Below are positions 29,291 through 32,000 of a stretch of 32,000 nt of DNA, piece after piece (position 1 is the first letter of the stretch; each line of letters opens with the position of its first letter). The notes below the pieces were generated by a model. That model worked only from the letters and a program-made list of their open reading frames with translations. It did no database searches and was not told where the DNA came from. The stretch is from Sinorhizobium meliloti. Lineage in GTDB: Bacteria; Pseudomonadota; Alphaproteobacteria; Rhizobiales; Rhizobiaceae. A program made the translations under genes and the position numbers. The stretch is from positions 1,380,001-1,412,000 of the forward strand of contig NZ_JAGIOS010000001.1 of assembly GCF_017876815.1 (NCBI RefSeq). The letters are read 5' to 3'.

Positions 29291-30535
29291 ATGCGCAAGT
29301 TCATGACGACGACTGCTGTTGCAGCACTGATGTTGGCGGCGACAGCCGCGCGTGCAGCCGAGAATGTGGAAGTACTGCACTGGTGGACGTCCGGCGGCGA
29401 AGCCGCGGCCCTCGACGTCCTCAAGAAGGACCTGGAGAGCAAGGGCATCAGCTGGACCGACATGCCGGTCGCCGGCGGCGGCGGCACCGAAGCGATGACG
29501 GTGCTTCGTGCCCGCGTCACCGCGGGCAATGCGCCGACGGCCGTGCAGATGCTCGGCTTCGACATTCTGGACTGGGCCAAGGAAGGCGCGCTGGGCAATC
29601 TGGACGAGGTCGCCGCCAAGGAAGGCTGGGACAAGGTCGTTCCGGCTGCCCTTCAGCAATTCTCGAAATATGACGGCCACTGGATCGCCGCGCCGGTGAA
29701 CGTTCACTCGACCAACTGGGTCTGGATCAACAAGGCCGCGCTCGACAAGGCCGGCGCGAAGGAACCGACGACCTGGGAAGAGCTGATCGCACTGCTCGAC
29801 AAGTTCAAGGAGCAGGGCATCACGCCGATCGCCCATGGCGGCCAGCCCTGGCAGGACGCGACGATCTTCGACGCCGTGGTTCTTTCGCTGGGCAACGACT
29901 TCTACAAGCAGGCTTTCATTGATCTCGATCCGGCGGCACTCGGCGGCGACAAGATGAAGGAAGCCTTCGATCGCATGACGAAACTGCGCTCCTATGTGGA
30001 CGACAACTTCTCCGGCCGCGACTGGAACCTCGCCTCGGCGATGGTCATCGAGAACAAGGCCGGCCTGCAGTTCATGGGTGACTGGGCGAAGGGCGAGTTC
30101 CTGAAGGCGAAGAAGGTGCCCGGCACCGATTTCGTCTGCATGCGCTTCCCCGGAACGCAAGGTTCGGTCACCTTCAATTCCGACCAGTTCGCAATGTTCA
30201 AGGTTTCGGAAGACAAGGTTCCGGCACAGCTGCAGATGGCTTCGGCAATCGAGAGCCCGGCCTTCCAGTCGGCCTTCAACGTCGTCAAGGGGTCCGTTCC
30301 CGCCCGCACCGACGTCCCCGATACCGATTTCGACGCCTGCGGCAAGAAGGGCATCAAGGACCTCGCGGAAGCCAATACCAACGGCACGCTTTTCGGCTCC
30401 ATGGCCCACGGTCATGCCAATCCGGCTGCCGTCAAGAACGCGATCTACGACGTGGTCACGCGCCAGTTCAACGGCGAACTCAACTCGGAAGAGGCGGTGA
30501 CGGAACTCGTCGCGGCGGTCGAGGCTGCGAAGTAA
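29291..30535 (+). CDS. ABC transporter periplasmic sugar-binding protein (CUT1, GtsA-like glucose/mannose type)
   Basis: Signal peptide [22 protein letters not shown]. The motif [13 protein letters not shown]...[17 protein letters not shown] resembles Pseudomonas GtsA (recalled). GGGAGGA at 29279-29285. Confidence 0.9.
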   Translation: MRKFMTTTAVAALMLAATAARAAENVEVLHWWTSGGEAAALDVLKKDLESKGISWTDMPVAGGGGTEAMTVLRARVTAGNAPTAVQMLGFDILDWAKEGALGNLDEVAAKEGWDKVVPAALQQFSKYDGHWIAAPVNVHSTNWVWINKAALDKAGAKEPTTWEELIALLDKFKEQGITPIAHGGQPWQDATIFDAVVLSLGNDFYKQAFIDLDPAALGGDKMKEAFDRMTKLRSYVDDNFSGRDWNLASAMVIENKAGLQFMGDWAKGEFLKAKKVPGTDFVCMRFPGTQGSVTFNSDQFAMFKVSEDKVPAQLQMASAIESPAFQSAFNVVKGSVPARTDVPDTDFDACGKKGIKDLAEANTNGTLFGSMAHGHANPAAVKNAIYDVVTRQFNGELNSEEAVTELVAAVEAAK

Positions 30536-30550
30536 GGCGGAGCGAGGGAA

Positions 30551-30682
30551 GTTGCCCTTCTCCTCGGGTTAAACCCGAGGACTAACCCTCTCCCCGCTCG
30601 CGGGGAGAGGGGACGGAGGCGGCGCGGCATACCCCTTCTCCCCGCATGCGGGGAGAAGGTGCCGGCAGGCGGATGAGGGGCA
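30551..30682. repeat. Mosaic palindromic repeat cluster C (REP/RIME-like), inside the ABC transporter operon
   Basis: Three consecutive hairpins: CCTCGGGTT-A-AACCCGAGG (30562-30580), CCCTCTCCCCGC-TC-GCGGGGAGAGGG (30586-30611) and CCTTCTCCCCGC-AT-GCGGGGAGAAGG (30634-30659). The tail ends in TGAGGGGC (30674-30681). Unit 30633-30681 is 48/49 identical to the reverse complement of 10647-10695. Confidence 0.9.
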
Positions 30683-30719
30683 GACCGCGGCACGAACGAA
30701 ACATACGGTGGTAGCAAAC

Positions 30720-31598
30720 ATGGATAGCCGCAACCGGCTGCAGGAGCTTTTGCCGAAGCTCGTGCTCGCCCCCAGCTTTCTCATAGTTCTGGTGTTCGTC
30801 TACGGCTTCATAGCCTATACGGGCTTCCTGTCGATGACGGACAGCAAGATGCTGCCGTCCTACAATTTCGTGGGTTTGAGCAATTACAGCCGGCTTTGGG
30901 CCCTGCCGCATTGGTGGCGCGCGGTCAGCAACCTGGCGATCTTCGCCACGCTCTACATCGCCGTCTGCTCGGTGCTGGGACTGGCGCTGGCGATCCTGCT
31001 CGACCAGAAGATCCGCGCTGAGGGATTTCTGAGGCCCGTCTATCTCTATCCGATGGCGCTTTCCTTCATCGTCACCGGCACCGCATGGAAATGGTTCCTC
31101 GATCCGGGGATCGGGCTCGAGAACACGATGCATCTCTGGGGCTGGGAAAGCTTCTCGTTCAACTGGATCAAGGACCGCAACTACGCGATCTACTGCGTCG
31201 TCATCGCCGCCGTCTGGCAGTCGACCGGCTTCATCATGGCGATGTTCCTGGCGGGTCTGCGCGGCGTCGACAACGAGATCATCAAGGCCGCCCAGATCGA
31301 CGGGGCGACGACCCCCACCATCTATCGGCGGATCATCATTCCCCTGATGCGGCCGGTCTTCCTTTCGGCTTTTGTCGTCCTCGCCCATCTGGCCATCAAG
31401 GCCTACGACCTGATCATCGCACTGACGGGCGGCGGGCCGGGGCAGGCGACCGAGCTGCCGGCGACCTTCATGTATTCCTACACCTTCACCCGAAACCAGA
31501 TGGCGATCGGCGCCTCGTCGGCGATCGTGATGCTGGTGATGATCTTCTCGATCATCGTTCCCTATCTATATTCCGAAGTCCGGGGAGGAAAACGCTGA
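30720..31598 (+). CDS. ABC sugar transporter permease (MalF/GtsB-like)
   Basis: Polytopic protein with the EAA-loop region AAQIDGATTPTIYRRIIIPLMRP. ATG 30720; the track start at 30708 is a GTG. Confidence 0.88.
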   Translation: MDSRNRLQELLPKLVLAPSFLIVLVFVYGFIAYTGFLSMTDSKMLPSYNFVGLSNYSRLWALPHWWRAVSNLAIFATLYIAVCSVLGLALAILLDQKIRAEGFLRPVYLYPMALSFIVTGTAWKWFLDPGIGLENTMHLWGWESFSFNWIKDRNYAIYCVVIAAVWQSTGFIMAMFLAGLRGVDNEIIKAAQIDGATTPTIYRRIIIPLMRPVFLSAFVVLAHLAIKAYDLIIALTGGGPGQATELPATFMYSYTFTRNQMAIGASSAIVMLVMIFSIIVPYLYSEVRGGKR

Positions 31599-32000
31599 TG
31601 GGCGCTCCCAATCCCGAGAACGTCATCTCGCACAACCGCCTGACGCGCGCCCTGATCTATTCGGCGCTGATCCTCTTCGCACTCTATTCGCTGCTGCCGC
31701 TCTACGTGATGCTGGTGAATTCCCTGAAGCCGCTGGATGAGATTCGCCAGGGCGGCATGCTGAACCTGCCTCAGACCTGGACCGTCGAACCGTGGCTCTC
31801 GGCCTGGTCGACGGCGCAGATCGGCGTGCAGCCGACGGGCCTTCGACCTTTCTTCATCAATTCGATCCTGATGGTCGTTCCGGCCGTGGCGATCTCCACG
31901 ATCATCGGCGCGCTCAACGGCTACGTGCTGACCAAGTGGCGCTTCCCCGGCGCGAACATATTCTTCGGCATGCTGCTTCTCTCCTGCTTCATCCCCTTCC
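31598..32000 (+). CDS. ABC sugar transporter permease (MalG/GtsC-like), 3' end outside the window
   Basis: The ATG overlaps the upstream stop (TGATG). My translation reads MGAPNPENVISHNRLTRALIYSALILFALYSLLPLYVMLVNSLKPLDEIRQGG... and is open to the end of the window. It is absent from the ORF track because no stop is reached. Confidence 0.85.
   Translation, partial: MGAPNPENVISHNRLTRALIYSALILFALYSLLPLYVMLVNSLKPLDEIRQGGMLNLPQTWTVEPWLSAWSTAQIGVQPTGLRPFFINSILMVVPAVAISTIIGALNGYVLTKWRFPGANIFFGMLLLSCFIPF

Noticed and set aside
29084-31388. 443-aa and 268-aa minus-strand ORFs
   Set aside because: They are antisense to the sugar-binding protein and permease genes. The second starts inside repeat cluster C.

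Overview
High-GC alphaproteobacterial chromosome segment with Rhizobiaceae-like (Sinorhizobium/Ensifer or Rhizobium) gene content and repeat families. Most of the window is core metabolism and transport: purH, a ~1595-aa NAD-glutamate dehydrogenase, a PdxY-like kinase, a beta-carbonic anhydrase, a lytic transglycosylase, asd, leuB, a Dcp-type M3 peptidase, a PAP2 phosphatase and several MFS/LysE transporters. Four parts stand out. (1) A LacI-controlled locus (about 21.7-32 kb) has an oxidoreductase that matches my recollection of 1,5-anhydro-D-fructose reductase (AFR; A13, K94, D176, H180). It is translationally chained to a fused CoA-transferase, a crotonase and an aldehyde dehydrogenase, followed by a GtsA-like sugar ABC transporter. 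A divergent DUF993-like gene has a promoter/operator that mirrors the one in front of lacI. This is the best candidate for an undescribed catabolic system. (2) A vapBC toxin-antitoxin pair of visibly lower GC is followed directly by a ~275-bp nested-palindrome, MITE-like element flanked by CTAG. (3) Three intergenic loci carry one mosaic palindromic (REP/RIME-like) element family bounded by GCCCCTCA...TGAGGGGC, with compensatory base changes in a mini-hairpin. (4) An MHS-family transporter carries a ~190-aa insertion in a predicted periplasmic loop. I saw no rRNA, tRNA, CRISPR, transposase or integrase genes. Many long ORFs in the track are antisense or off-frame shadows of real genes, as is typical of GC-rich DNA. 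All homology statements come from reading the translations and from recalled family motifs; no database search was run.
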